Shown here: positions 21,413-31,793 of the stretch, piece by piece | Numbering within the stretch: position 1 is the first letter of the stretch | Layout: each line of letters begins with the position of its first letter | The notes under the pieces: generated by a model | Seen by the model: the letters and a program-made list of their open reading frames with translations, nothing else | Told to the model about the DNA's origin: nothing | The model's database searches: none | Position numbers and translations under genes: made by a program | Source: an uncultured Chloroflexia bacterium | Lineage (GTDB): Bacteria; Chloroflexota; UBA6077; JACCZL01 | Length of the DNA: 64,000 nt | NCBI GenBank assembly: GCA_963765765.1 | Contig: CAVXYC010000011.1 | Span: 1-64,000 of the forward strand | Direction: 5' to 3'

Positions 21413-22360
21413 CTAGATCGTGTACGAGCTACACGACGCTCGACCGAGAAAGCCTCGACGGAATGCCGTGACGCGCTGCTCCGATGATCCGTGCGCGCCC
21501 GGCTCGAACCAGGCAACAACATCCGGGTCGCCTGCCATCCGCGAGAGCTCCAGGGCCTCGTCGAGATCACCCGGATCGAGCCACCCGACCTGATTCGCGT
21601 AGCTGAAAAATGTACCCGCCAGGCAATCGGCCTGAAGCTCGGTCTGGATGGTGAAATATGCACCGGTGGACATGCCCAACGATCGCTGGACATGGTGCCC
21701 CCACTCGTGTGCCAAGACCAGCGCAACGGCTGCATCCGCGTCGGATTGCCACACCTCTTCGAAAAACGCCGCTGGTAGCAACATGGTCCGATTGACGGTG
21801 CAGTAGCCGGGCCCCTGCATGGTCTGCCCGCCGCAGGCCGGCGCCGGAGATCCTCGCGGTATCCATCGGACCCGCGGGCTCGCGTAAGGCGTGCCATTCT
21901 CGCGGAACGCATCGGCCCAGAACTGGTCAATTTGTTGAGAGACTGTCCGAACGAACGACTCGAGGGTCCTGCCAGGAGGCGTGGGCGACGGTCTGGGCTG
22001 GGGAACAGCCAGTGACGGCGGATCCGGAGAGGCGCCAACCCAGGACACAAGCCCGGAGCTGGTGATAGCCCAGTGTCGATATCCGTCGGTGAAGGTCGGC
22101 GTGTTCGTTGACTTACGCCAGTAAGCGAGACCCGTCGAAGTTTTCTGAAGCGTGTCGCCGTTCGCATTGTTAGGGTGCTCGCACTCGACCGGCTCTCCCA
22201 TGACCGAGCCAAGCTGAGCTTTGAGGTTGGCGAATCCCAGAACAAACTGGGGAGTCTGGCCCGGACGGCAGAAGGGCGCTCCCTGCGCAAACGCTTCCGT
22301 CGGCGTGGTCAGCAGAACCGATGCGATGAGCGTGAAAACGGCGAGTGCCCAGCGACTCAT
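21413..22360 (-). CDS. Secreted neutral zinc metallopeptidase (YpfJ-like) with an N-terminal cell-surface domain
   Basis: VLAHEWGHHVQ, ELQADCLAG, HGSSEQR; signal peptide and Pro-rich linker. Confidence 0.88.
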   Translation of the reverse strand: MSRWALAVFTLIASVLLTTPTEAFAQGAPFCRPGQTPQFVLGFANLKAQLGSVMGEPVECEHPNNANGDTLQKTSTGLAYWRKSTNTPTFTDGYRHWAITSSGLVSWVGASPDPPSLAVPQPRPSPTPPGRTLESFVRTVSQQIDQFWADAFRENGTPYASPRVRWIPRGSPAPACGGQTMQGPGYCTVNRTMLLPAAFFEEVWQSDADAAVALVLAHEWGHHVQRSLGMSTGAYFTIQTELQADCLAGTFFSYANQVGWLDPGDLDEALELSRMAGDPDVVAWFEPGAHGSSEQRVTAFRRGFLGRASCSSYTI

Positions 22361-22627
22361 TGGAGATCTCAATCCTGGTTCCCACCGGTTACCCGGTGGT
22401 ATGCATAGAGCCCTCGGCCTCGGCACGACTCCGGCGCCCTATGTAGAGCGTACTCCGAGAGACTCGCCGACGCATCGGCACGCCCCTGGCTCATGTCGCC
22501 CTTGCTGAATCGCTTGAAGTCGATAATCCGGCTTGCATGTGCACCAGGGATCCCGTGCTACATCGACACGCGCATGCAGCACGGCCGGTCCAGCACACTC
22601 CGAACCGCCACCGCTTAGTCAGCGGAG

Positions 22628-23113
22628 CTATTTCCCGGAAGATTCGTCGCTCGAGTACATGCGCCCGCGTGCCGTCTCTCGGCGTCCAGTTGCTGACACC
22701 AGTTGGCCTGCCTTGCCCAGTCCGTGAGCGGGCATGCCGCTATAGACGGCCTCATACTCACCGGACCGTATCCGATACGTCTCGTGCCAGATTCCCACAT
22801 CGCCACGGCTGCGACCGCTGCGCTTGTTGAATGCCACCCAGGCCGGCCAGTGCTGACCATCGGTACTATGCGCGTACGCTTCGAGCTGCTCAAACGAGCG
22901 CCAGTACTGGATCGCGGTGAGCCCGGCCTGCGAGTAGCCGATGAGGCCCGAGTCCGGATTAGCCTCGAGCTCCTTGAGCATCCGAGGCATGGCCAGGAAG
23001 ACGGGCAGCCATTTGTGAACCTTCCACGGCTTATTGATGCGCATACCGATCAAGAACACGACAAAATCGCCTTCGATTTCCGCTGCCATGCGCTCAGCAC
23101 GAACCGTCGACAT
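22628..23113 (-). CDS. DUF4188 family protein (monooxygenase-like)
   Basis: [45 protein letters not shown]. Confidence 0.88.
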   Translation of the reverse strand: MSTVRAERMAAEIEGDFVVFLIGMRINKPWKVHKWLPVFLAMPRMLKELEANPDSGLIGYSQAGLTAIQYWRSFEQLEAYAHSTDGQHWPAWVAFNKRSGRSRGDVGIWHETYRIRSGEYEAVYSGMPAHGLGKAGQLVSATGRRETARGRMYSSDESSGK

Positions 23114-23197
23114 GGTTGCTTCCCTCTCCGCGTTACACAGAGCTAGCACAAGCTGAAAGAACGCCGCGTAAGTGAACCGGGGCCATTCTGGGGTTGC

Positions 23198-24535
23198 TCA
23201 CGATGACGACGCAGGCTGATCCGGCCCGCTGATCTGAAATCGCTCGAGCTCATGCCTGGTTATCCCGCCCCGCTGGATGATGTCGCGATACAGATGCGCA
23301 CTTGGCTTGGGCTTGCGTGCCTGTGTGGCGTAATCCACGTGGACCAGTCCGAAACGTGGCGTAAATCCCTCGGCCCACTCAAAATTATCGATGCTAGACC
23401 AATAGCAGTAGCCTTCCAGCTTGACGCCTTCCTGGAGTGCTCGATGAGCCGCGGCGAGGTGTTGCACCAGATACCGCGGGCGGACCACGTCTGAATCGCC
23501 CGCCTCTGGAACGCCGTTCTCAGTAACGATAATGCGCTTCCCCGAACCGGGCGGCGCGGCTGCCTTGAGAGCCCGATAGAGGCCGTCCGGGTAAATCTCC
23601 CAGCCAAGCTGATTACGTTCCACCTTCGGTTGGGGATCACGACTGAACCCTGTCAACGGCTGGCGCGGAGCAAACTCGCAGAACTCGCGTGTGTAGTAGT
23701 TCACGCCGACCCAGTCCTCGGTATCGGCGAGCCAATCGATTTTGCGACCGCGTCCCAGCGGCGGGAGGAACTGGCCAGTTCGGATTGCAAGCGGGAACCA
23801 CCGATTGTTGATCCAATCACGCGTGTTGGCCACTCGGATATCCGCCGCATGGCCGGCACGGTATGGATCGAAGACTCGCCAATGATGCGCGACACCCACC
23901 TGGGCATCAGGTTGCAAGTCGTGGATTGCGTGGTATGCCCGACCATGAGCCAGCGCCATGGTTCGCATCACACGGATCCCATGTACGGGGTCGTATCTGT
24001 GTGGGGGCCAGACACCGAATACATATCCCTGAGATGTGTACACGGTAGGCTCATTGATGGTGACCCAATATTGCACGATGTCTTTCAGTGCCGAAACCAC
24101 TTGCCGGGCGTAGCGAGCGAACAGCTCCGGTGTGGCTGAGCGTGTCCACCCACCGCCACGCGCAAGCCAGGCGGGACTTGTAAAGTGGTGAAGCGTCACG
24201 AGTGGCTCCATACCATTGACGCGGACGCTCTCAATGACGCGGCGATAATGGTCGATCGCTTGATGATCGAACTCGCCGATGCGTGGCTCTATTCGGCTCC
24301 ACTCTATGGAGAGACGATGGGCGTTGTGACCGAGCTGGCGCATGAGCTGGAAATCGTCACCATAGCGCTGGAGCTGTTCGCAGGCCACACCGGACTGAAA
24401 CGGCAATCTCCCGGCTTGTTCATGGATCCACCAATCATTCAGGTGGTTCCAACCTTCAACCTGATGCGATGCCGTGGCGGAGCCCCAGAGGAATTTCTCG
24501 GGGAAGCGGAGTGCTATTTCAGAATCGGCGATCAC
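23198..24535 (-). CDS. Glycoside hydrolase family 1 (beta-glucosidase-like)
   Basis: FLWGSATASHQVEG, RLSIEWSRIEP, TINEP, IVTENG, WSSIDNFEWAEG. Confidence 0.95.
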   Translation of the reverse strand: MIADSEIALRFPEKFLWGSATASHQVEGWNHLNDWWIHEQAGRLPFQSGVACEQLQRYGDDFQLMRQLGHNAHRLSIEWSRIEPRIGEFDHQAIDHYRRVIESVRVNGMEPLVTLHHFTSPAWLARGGGWTRSATPELFARYARQVVSALKDIVQYWVTINEPTVYTSQGYVFGVWPPHRYDPVHGIRVMRTMALAHGRAYHAIHDLQPDAQVGVAHHWRVFDPYRAGHAADIRVANTRDWINNRWFPLAIRTGQFLPPLGRGRKIDWLADTEDWVGVNYYTREFCEFAPRQPLTGFSRDPQPKVERNQLGWEIYPDGLYRALKAAAPPGSGKRIIVTENGVPEAGDSDVVRPRYLVQHLAAAHRALQEGVKLEGYCYWSSIDNFEWAEGFTPRFGLVHVDYATQARKPKPSAHLYRDIIQRGGITRHELERFQISGPDQPASSS

Positions 24536-25503
24536 TGTGTTGCGGCGACGACTACCTGGGATCTTGAGCGCACCATTCGCACCAGGCAGAGCGCTGCCGC
24601 GAGGAGTGGCAGCGGCGCGAGTATGGAAAGGTGCATGGCTACAGTGTACGCCGACGCCAGACCCGGCTCAGCGCCAAAGTGATCCATGAGCGACCGCACC
24701 GGAAACTCGACCGTGCCCAATCCTCCTGGAGCACCAGGCACACCAAACGCAAAGTTGGTCACACCTACCGTCGCAAAAGGCAACGCGGGTGAAGTAAGCC
24801 AGCCAAAGGCGATAAGCAGACAGTAGCAAGCCAACGCCTGAGCCCCCCAGGCCATCACTGAGAGCTTGATGGCACGGATGATCCGCGGGCGGTCGGTCTG
24901 CCGCACCGCTTCGATTGCCTGCAAAAGCAGCCGCCGAACATAGGAACCCGAAACGGGCGTAGTGACGTCATACTTAACACGGCCTGCGAGCGGTAGTGCC
25001 GCGAAGACCGGTCCGTGAATCGCGATGGCCACGAGGCCAAGGAGAAGAAGCCAGTTGTTCGCACCAGTCGCCACGGCAGAGCTGGTAATAAAGGTACCGA
25101 GCACAACGCCGTCAACGCAGCGTTCGATGAGCTCGGCGGCCGCGAGCTGAGCCACACTGATATGAGGGATGCGGGAGGCTAAGGCAAGCTTTACAACATC
25201 TCCACCGCGCGCCGGCAGGATGATGCCCACAAGTGCAGCCGTAAGGCCGATTCCGGCAAGCTGGCTTGTGCGCAGATTGGCTCGGGGGCCGAGCAGCACA
25301 CCCCAGCGAAGTGTTCGCAACCAGAAATTGACGCAGCCAAACAGCAGGGTCGGTAGAATCAGCCACCAGGTGACTTCGCTGAGTGCCTCGCGCACAGCAT
25401 CGCCATCCATAGACGAAAGAAATAGCGCCGCGCCGGCGGACCCGAGTCCAGCGCCGGCCAGGGGAATGAGGTACTTGTGCCAGACGCTCGGGGGGAAAAG
25501 CAT
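24532..25503 (-). CDS. Lysylphosphatidylglycerol-synthase TM domain / flippase-like membrane protein
   Basis: LRTLRW..LL, ILPARGGDVVK, ERCVDG, PGAPGGLGTVE; multiple TM segments; overlaps the GH1 start. Confidence 0.82.
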   Translation of the reverse strand: MLFPPSVWHKYLIPLAGAGLGSAGAALFLSSMDGDAVREALSEVTWWLILPTLLFGCVNFWLRTLRWGVLLGPRANLRTSQLAGIGLTAALVGIILPARGGDVVKLALASRIPHISVAQLAAAELIERCVDGVVLGTFITSSAVATGANNWLLLLGLVAIAIHGPVFAALPLAGRVKYDVTTPVSGSYVRRLLLQAIEAVRQTDRPRIIRAIKLSVMAWGAQALACYCLLIAFGWLTSPALPFATVGVTNFAFGVPGAPGGLGTVEFPVRSLMDHFGAEPGLASAYTVAMHLSILAPLPLLAAALCLVRMVRSRSQVVVAATQ

Positions 25504-25753
25504 GCGGGGACGGATCATACAACAATGATCGGTCACATGGCGGATTTAAGCGGTGTGACCTGCTTGTAACGTGATCGGGGCCTTCGACCGATGGCCCTGA
25601 AATTGAGCTTTTCTCTATTGTGTTGACCCTGAAATTGCTTTGTCTACCGGCCCCGAACGGCATATAAGTACCGTGAGGTGCTGGGCGGACCGCATATCCG
25701 GCATGGCGAATGCAATGCTGATGACCCCGGCCAAGTAAGCTCGAAAGGACACG

Positions 25754-27205
25754 ATGCCCATCAAATTAGGTGACCGAATGCTGGGTCTAGGGACCTGGGC
25801 GCTGGTCACCCTCCCAATCTGGGGAGCGTTGATCGCGCCACTTATCCTGGCCTGGGCGATCCTACTCTTCAACACTTACTGGTTCCTGCGCTCGGCGGCG
25901 CTGGCCATTGGAGCCGCCCTTGGTTACATGCGGCTTCGTCGCTCGGAAAAGACGGACTGGATAGGACGAGCGTCTGCATTACCCGGATTTGAACGCGTTC
26001 AACATCTGATCCTTATCCCCACATATCAGGAATCTGACGAGGTCCTTCGGGCGACGTTGGACCACCTGGTCAATCAGGATTTCCCTAAAGATCGGATCTC
26101 AGTGGTCCTGGCCTTCGAGGCCCGCGACAGCCAGGCTCCCGCGCGCGCCGCGCGGCTGCTCAGCGCGTATCGATCGCGCTTTCAGGGGCTCTTTGCCCTC
26201 TTCCATCCTCCGCAAGCAGGGGAAGTTCCGGGCAAGTCTTCCAATCTAGCCTGGGCGGGTCCACGAGCTCAGAAGCTGCTGGAGCGTCGAGGCATCCAGG
26301 GCGCCGACGTGCTGGTAACCGTGTGCGACGCGGATTCCCGACTGCACGCTCGATACCTGAGCGCCTTGAGCGAATCGCACCTCAGTGATCCCAACCGTGA
26401 GAACCATCTGTATCAGCCGGCAATCTTGTTTCACGCCAACATGGACCGACTGCTTCCGTGGCTCCGCGTATCAAACTCCGCATATTCAGCGTGGTCGCTA
26501 GCACGACTAGCCTTGGGATCACGTCTGGTCTTGCAGTCCACATACTCGCTGCCGCTCGACCTGTGTATCGCCGTCGGCTACTGGGATGCGGACGTCATTC
26601 CGGAGGATTCGCGGCTTTGCTTCAAGGTGATGCTCGCTCGAGGCAAGACGGCGCGCGTCAAGCCGATATACCTGCCAGTGCTAGCTGATGCTGCCGAAGG
26701 CGCTACGGTATGGGAGACGATGCTGGCACAGTATCGTCAGATACGCCGTTGGGCCTGGGGCGCATCCGATGTCACGTATGTGATTTCAGGGCTAGCCAAG
26801 TCCATCACGATAGACGGGAGCCGTCCGCGACTAGCACCAGTCCTGGGGTTCATCGAGGACCACATTAGCTGGCCCAGCCACTGGTTCCTGATAACTCTTG
26901 GATTGCATCTGCCGCCACTTTTGGCGCCACCATTTGCGCACTCACCACAAGGAATCGCCATCTTGAACCTGGCTAGCGCGGTCATCACGGCCAGCCTGCC
27001 GTGCCTTCTCGTCGCCATCGCAGTGGATCGACTTCTGCGTGGCATGCCGGTCAACCCGCTGGAGTGGCTGTACGAGTTCTTCGGATGGCTCTTGCTGCCG
27101 ATTCTTGGACTCGCGTTCGTGACGCTGCCAGCGCTGGACGCCCACACGCGGCTGCTCTTCGGCCGGCCGCTCAGTTACCAGACGACGCCGAAGCTAGCCC
27201 CGTAG
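25754..27205 (+). CDS. Membrane-bound glycosyltransferase family 2
   Basis: IPTYQES, PGKSSN, VCDADS (DxD), IPEDS, QIRRWAWG (QxxRW); N- and C-terminal TM helices. Confidence 0.92.
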   Translation: MPIKLGDRMLGLGTWALVTLPIWGALIAPLILAWAILLFNTYWFLRSAALAIGAALGYMRLRRSEKTDWIGRASALPGFERVQHLILIPTYQESDEVLRATLDHLVNQDFPKDRISVVLAFEARDSQAPARAARLLSAYRSRFQGLFALFHPPQAGEVPGKSSNLAWAGPRAQKLLERRGIQGADVLVTVCDADSRLHARYLSALSESHLSDPNRENHLYQPAILFHANMDRLLPWLRVSNSAYSAWSLARLALGSRLVLQSTYSLPLDLCIAVGYWDADVIPEDSRLCFKVMLARGKTARVKPIYLPVLADAAEGATVWETMLAQYRQIRRWAWGASDVTYVISGLAKSITIDGSRPRLAPVLGFIEDHISWPSHWFLITLGLHLPPLLAPPFAHSPQGIAILNLASAVITASLPCLLVAIAVDRLLRGMPVNPLEWLYEFFGWLLLPILGLAFVTLPALDAHTRLLFGRPLSYQTTPKLAP

Positions 27206-27759
27206 CGCCTGGTGGGGGACGATAGGGAGACCTTCGTCCCCCCATCAGGCGTCCGTCTTTCGAGTCGAACCCGCAAGCCGTGGCGTACATACGGCGTACC
27301 GACTTCGGATGACTTTGGGTGTGACGCCTGTCTTCCAGTAACCCGTCCAGAGCAATATCTAGATCGCGCTCGCCCGCTCGGCCATTCCATTCGGGCCGTA
27401 CAGCGCCTGCCAGGCATTTGCCTGCTCACTGAACTCGCCTACTTCGTTGGCCACGCAGCCTTCGGGATCTCGGGCAAGCTGACGGCCCATTAAATCGTAG
27501 AGGTGCCTGGGGCCAACTAATGGTGCAGATCCAGGCAACTAACTGGCAGGGCCTGTACTCAAGAAGCCCGTGCTAAGACCTCCCGGCCCAGTTCGGCCAG
27601 TCCAATGGCCGACTGATCATCTCTCTTTTGTGGCCGAGTAGCGGCGAAGCGACGATTGACCATGCGGCGCTGAATCCGGCCCCCGTCTCAATGTTGGCTC
27701 GAATCATGCAGATCAATTCAGCATTCCCCTTATTCATCAATCGCTGGAGGCAATCAACC

Positions 27760-28011
27760 ATGGCGAGTTTATTGGCGTTGGGTGCGACTATCATCTCCTT
27801 GCCCTGTCCGAATTGCAGGGGGTCCATGCTTGTGCACGATGGAACGGTAGGTGAGATCACCTGCCAACTGTGCTCGCGATCGTGGGAATGCGCCCCGGAT
27901 GATCCAGGCCACGAGGATTGCATCCACTTCTCGTCGGTGTGCCCGTTGCCTCCATTTCCGCGCTCACGGGAGAGTTCGAGCCTCACAGTCTGGATAGTCG
28001 GTCGACGCTGA
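27760..28011 (+). CDS. Small hypothetical zinc-ribbon protein
   Basis: GGAGG RBS before ATG 27760; CPNC-x15-CQLC. Confidence 0.5.
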   Translation: MASLLALGATIISLPCPNCRGSMLVHDGTVGEITCQLCSRSWECAPDDPGHEDCIHFSSVCPLPPFPRSRESSSLTVWIVGRR

Positions 28012-28401
28012 CTTCCATACCGCAAAGACCGTAATAAGCGCAGACCCAGCGCGGGCGGGCCGCGTCTTCGACCGGGTTCATCCATCGTAGGGCGGCCTCC
28101 ATCGTGTCTGGAATATCACGACCAGAGCGATAGCTGCCCGAGCCGGGTTTAGTCATTGCGCATTCGGCATATCTCCTGCTTCGGGAGTTATGCCCAGCTT
28201 GCGCCCGCCTGGTGCATCGAAGTTCCACGGTATTCTCCTGACCGCGATCTAGTCAGGCGCGGAGCATCGTGCCAGCGCCGGCCGTTGACCAGCCGATCAA
28301 GCTCCACAGTGGGTCGTCAAGTGGCTTCAGCCGGACTTCAACTGAATGTGCGTGGCCGCAGTATCCAGGTTCGTCGTCTTCCCCAGGCACCCAGCGGGCC
28401 G

Positions 28402-28803
28402 TTCGCAGTGCTCGCAATCCCGGGACCCGGCCCGATCGCCGCGATGGCGGGCGATGATGCGGGGAATCGCTACCAGTAGCTCGGTCGGGCCAAATACAGC
28501 TATGACTTGCTCTGGATGATGCTCCTGATCGCGGTAGTTCTCGCGTTAGAGCAATAGATGGTCGCACGGCTTGGCGCGGCCAGGGGGTGAGGTCTCCTCG
28601 ACCTCATCCGCGAGCGCTACGCAATCGGCCGGGCTCTCGTTCCGGTGGGGGTTGTGCTGATCGCAAATGGCGGAGTGATCGTTACGGAGTTTGTCGGGTT
28701 CGGTGCCGCGGTGGAGTTATTTGGCGGGAGCCGTTACTGGGCCGTGCGCTGAGCGCCGTCATAGTCTGGCACCTCGTCATCGGTGGGAATTACGGGCAAA
28801 GTG
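28402..28803 (+). pseudogene. NRAMP/MntH family divalent metal transporter remnant (N-terminal third only)
   Basis: LAIPGPG.IAAMAGDDAG, KYSYDLLWMMLL, Q*MVARLGA..G*GLLDLIRERY, IANGG...TEFVGFGAAVELFG; two in-frame stops and truncation. Confidence 0.8.
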
Positions 28804-29132
28804 ACGTTGCTTGGCGTCCAGCTGCTCACCGCACTCGGCTTTGGAAGCTGATCGCAGGGGAGTCGACCGATGCAACAGGACATCGTTCACGCGAACCGCT
28901 CTGGTGAACATGTTGCGATCATCGTGCGCTCAGTGGATATGGCGTGGTGGGATCCACGTACCAGTCGGAAGTCAAGGAAGGGCGGCGCAGGTGACCATGG
29001 TTGGAGATAGTATTGAGCCCTGCATGTTCTGTCCGTGAGCCCAGAGGAAGTGGAGCGTGATGGCACACTGTTCATTGCCCAACCGTTCTACTACCGTTGG
29101 CAATACGTCATTCAGCACCGGAGATGATCAAT

Positions 29133-29702
29133 ATGACACCGCTCGAGATCTGTCGGCGCACGCTAGAGAATGCTCAGCAAGTCATCAATCAGGTGGGCCC
29201 CGAGGACCTCGGGAAGCCCACACCTTGTTCTGATTGGGATGCTCGAGCGCTGGTGAATCACATGATTGGGGCGCTGGACGCGCTAGAGTCGCCGGCGCGG
29301 GGGGAGCAGCTGGATTTCAGCGCGGGTGGCTCGGAGGATGTCATTGGCTCCGACCCGGCCGGCGCCTTCTCGAAGAAAGCGTCTGAATTCGTTGCTGCCT
29401 GGAGTGCACCCGGTGCAACAGAGCGCGTGGTCACGACAATGTTCGGGGAGCAGCCTTCGACGTTCTATTTGGGTCTCGCGACCGCCGACATCCTCTTGCA
29501 TGGGTGGGACCTCGCCACTGCCATCGGCGCACCCTACACCATGGATGAGACCACTTCCGCGGAAGTCTTAGCCAACATGCAACGAATGCTCAGGCCGGAG
29601 ATGCGGGGAGAGGGAAAAGCCTTCGCGAACGAGGTCACTTGTGCCTCTGATGCATCAGTCCAGGAGCGCCTGGTGGCGTTTTCTGGGCGGAGTTCTGGTT
29701 AG
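29133..29702 (+). CDS. TIGR03086-like metal-binding protein (MDMPI/DinB superfamily)
   Basis: PTPCSDWDARALVNH, LLHGWDLATA, LVAFSGR. Confidence 0.88.
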   Translation: MTPLEICRRTLENAQQVINQVGPEDLGKPTPCSDWDARALVNHMIGALDALESPARGEQLDFSAGGSEDVIGSDPAGAFSKKASEFVAAWSAPGATERVVTTMFGEQPSTFYLGLATADILLHGWDLATAIGAPYTMDETTSAEVLANMQRMLRPEMRGEGKAFANEVTCASDASVQERLVAFSGRSSG

Positions 29703-29726
29703 GCGGACTGCACGAGGGTCCAGCGA

Positions 29727-30542
29727 TCACCTTGACAGCAAGGAACTCACTTCGTCAGGAGCCCCCCATGTCTCGACGCCGCCAAGACCATGTTCCAGGT
29801 TCCATTCCTTGACCTGGAAAACGCGGCCGGTCACTCGAGCATCCTGCTGGGCCAGCATCAGTACCACGGGGACCACCGATGTGGCGGACCACGGGATCGC
29901 GGTTGGAGCTACTCCCGTCATCTCGGCACGCAGTCGAGTCTGTTCTTCATAGCCGGTTGAGCGCGTCATGGCCGGAAACACCGCGTTCACGGCGATATTC
30001 TTCTCGCGCAACTCATCCGCTAGCGACTGAGTGAGATTCGTAAGCGCCGCCTTGGCCGCGCCATAGGGCTGATTGAACGCGCGCCCCCGAGATCCGGAGT
30101 CGGATGAGATGTTGATGATGCTTCCGGAGCCCTTTGCCAGCATTGGCTGACCAAACCACCGAATGACGCGCACGGGACCGAGCGTATTGACCTCCAGCAT
30201 TCGCTGCCACTGCTCGATTGGCAGATCGAGCGTCGGGATAATCGTGGATGGCACAACATCGCGCATGCGCATGCCAGCGTTATTGACGATCACGTCGACC
30301 GTGCCAAATCGCGCCATCGTTGCTTCAAATGCGCGAGCAAGCGACGATTCATCGGTCACGTCAACGGTATCCACCAGAGCACGCTCGTTGCTCCGAAGGG
30401 AATCAGCAAACGCCTCTTCTCCGTCCCAGACCCTCTCGAGCGCCACGACTCTGACGCCATGCTCCAGTAACCCCTCAGTAATGGCTCGCCCCATTCCGCG
30501 GGCAGCGCCGGTGACCACGGCAACGCGGTTCTCGAGCTCCAA
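29727..30542 (-). CDS. SDR family oxidoreductase
   Basis: VAVVTGAARGMG, VNNAG, INISS, YGAAK; GGAGG before TTG. Confidence 0.93.
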   Translation of the reverse strand: MELENRVAVVTGAARGMGRAITEGLLEHGVRVVALERVWDGEEAFADSLRSNERALVDTVDVTDESSLARAFEATMARFGTVDVIVNNAGMRMRDVVPSTIIPTLDLPIEQWQRMLEVNTLGPVRVIRWFGQPMLAKGSGSIINISSDSGSRGRAFNQPYGAAKAALTNLTQSLADELREKNIAVNAVFPAMTRSTGYEEQTRLRAEMTGVAPTAIPWSATSVVPVVLMLAQQDARVTGRVFQVKEWNLEHGLGGVETWGAPDEVSSLLSR

Positions 30543-30817
30543 GGCATATCCTCCACTACGCACGTGTAAACATCGCAAGGCAAACCCACGGGATCTACCA
30601 CGCAACGAAAGGAGCATAGCGTAGCTATCTGCTTCCGAACATGGGGATAGGTCTGAAAGACGGCCACAGGGAGCTCATGAAGTCGTACGTCGCCGCGCAA
30701 GATAACGCGGTTAGCCGCGCTCTCCCAGGTCACTCAGGACCGGAAAAGGCAGCGGAAAATCGTGGGGCGAAACGAGACTGAAAAGCGGGCCCGGGAGTGC
30801 GCCCCGGATGGCGCTAG

Positions 30818-31036
30818 CTACCGATAGCGGTAAGTGATACGACCGCGGGTGAGATCGTAGGGAGAGAGCTCTACCTTCACACGATCGCCCAGGAGAATCC
30901 GTACGCGATATTTGCGCATTCGGCCGCTGGTATACGCCAGCACCTCATGCTTGTTATCAAGCTCAACTTTGAATTGCGTGTTTGGCAGCGTGTCAATGAC
31001 GGTGCCGTCAACTTCTAATGCTTGGCCACGTGGCAC
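30818..31036 (-). CDS. infA: Translation initiation factor IF-1
   Basis: [30 protein letters not shown]...[24 protein letters not shown]. Confidence 0.97.
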   Translation of the reverse strand: MPRGQALEVDGTVIDTLPNTQFKVELDNKHEVLAYTSGRMRKYRVRILLGDRVKVELSPYDLTRGRITYRYR

Positions 31037-31482
31037 GAGTGGTGGCGCCTCCCTGGTTGCCGCCTTTGGCGGAATTACCTTGAGTCAACGTATCGGGCCG
31101 CTTTCGCAGGTGCGAGGGGAAGCCTCGATCCGGTGCAGGATACCATACGCGCGGTCGAATCAGCCGCATAAGCCGTGACGGCGAGCGTGGAAAACCAAAC
31201 GCCGCGGCGTGGCACATCCGGAGAGCAATTCGCTCTTAGCGTCATTAAGCTCGGCAAGCTGCTCGTTGCTCTACTAACGCGACTCCATTCCCTGATCCAT
31301 GCCGGATTCTGCAAGAATGGCGACAGTCCTGCTCGCTCTCGAGGGCAGTGCAGCTCAGTCTCGATGGCGGCCAATTCCAAGGCATCATCGGCCGCGATTA
31401 TGGGCTGGCGAAAGTCAATGCTACGGGGCCATTACAAGCGCTCGCGATTCGCTTGATAGTGCCGAAAGTCACCATTTTTGTC

Positions 31483-31512
31483 TTGACTCCAGGTGTGAGC
31501 CTCTCGTAGACT
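31483..31512 (+). promoter_or_regulatory. Putative sigma70-type promoter for the riboswitch leader
   Basis: TTGACT-18 nt-TAGACT. Confidence 0.6.
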
Positions 31513-31574
31513 GGCGGCTGCGGCAGCAATTGCTGGCCGCAAATCTATATTGAATAAGGACGAATCTACTCACA

Positions 31575-31770
31575 TAGTGCCTAGTCTTCTGGTGACAGGA
31601 GAACGGGGGAACCAATTCCCTGGGGTGAATCGCTTTGCGGCCAGCAATGGCCTCAGCGCGTAGGGCTCTCTCTCAGCCCGAACCCGTCAGCTAACCTCGT
31701 AGGCCAGGAAGCCTCCCACCTGCAATCGCGGCGCGCAATCGTAGGTGCCAGGCGGGAATCGAGAGAGGAG
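31575..31770 (+). ncRNA. c-di-AMP (ydaO/yuaA) riboswitch
   Basis: Diagnostic blocks ACGGGGGAACCA, TGGGGTGAATC, GTAGGG, CCCGAACCCGTCAGCTAACCTCGTAGGC and a CTCTCTC / GAGAGAG pseudoknot pair; upstream of a cell-wall hydrolase gene. Confidence 0.93.
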
Positions 31771-31793
31771 TAGCGTCGGCTAACTGCTGTTGG

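Noticed and set aside
27498-27600. AGAGGTGC start resembling a lysine riboswitch
   Set aside because: The remaining conserved lysine-riboswitch elements and length are absent, and no lysine gene follows.
31040-31480. Short ORFs between infA and the riboswitch promoter
   Set aside because: No RBS, motif or codon-bias support; likely divergent promoter/leader DNA.
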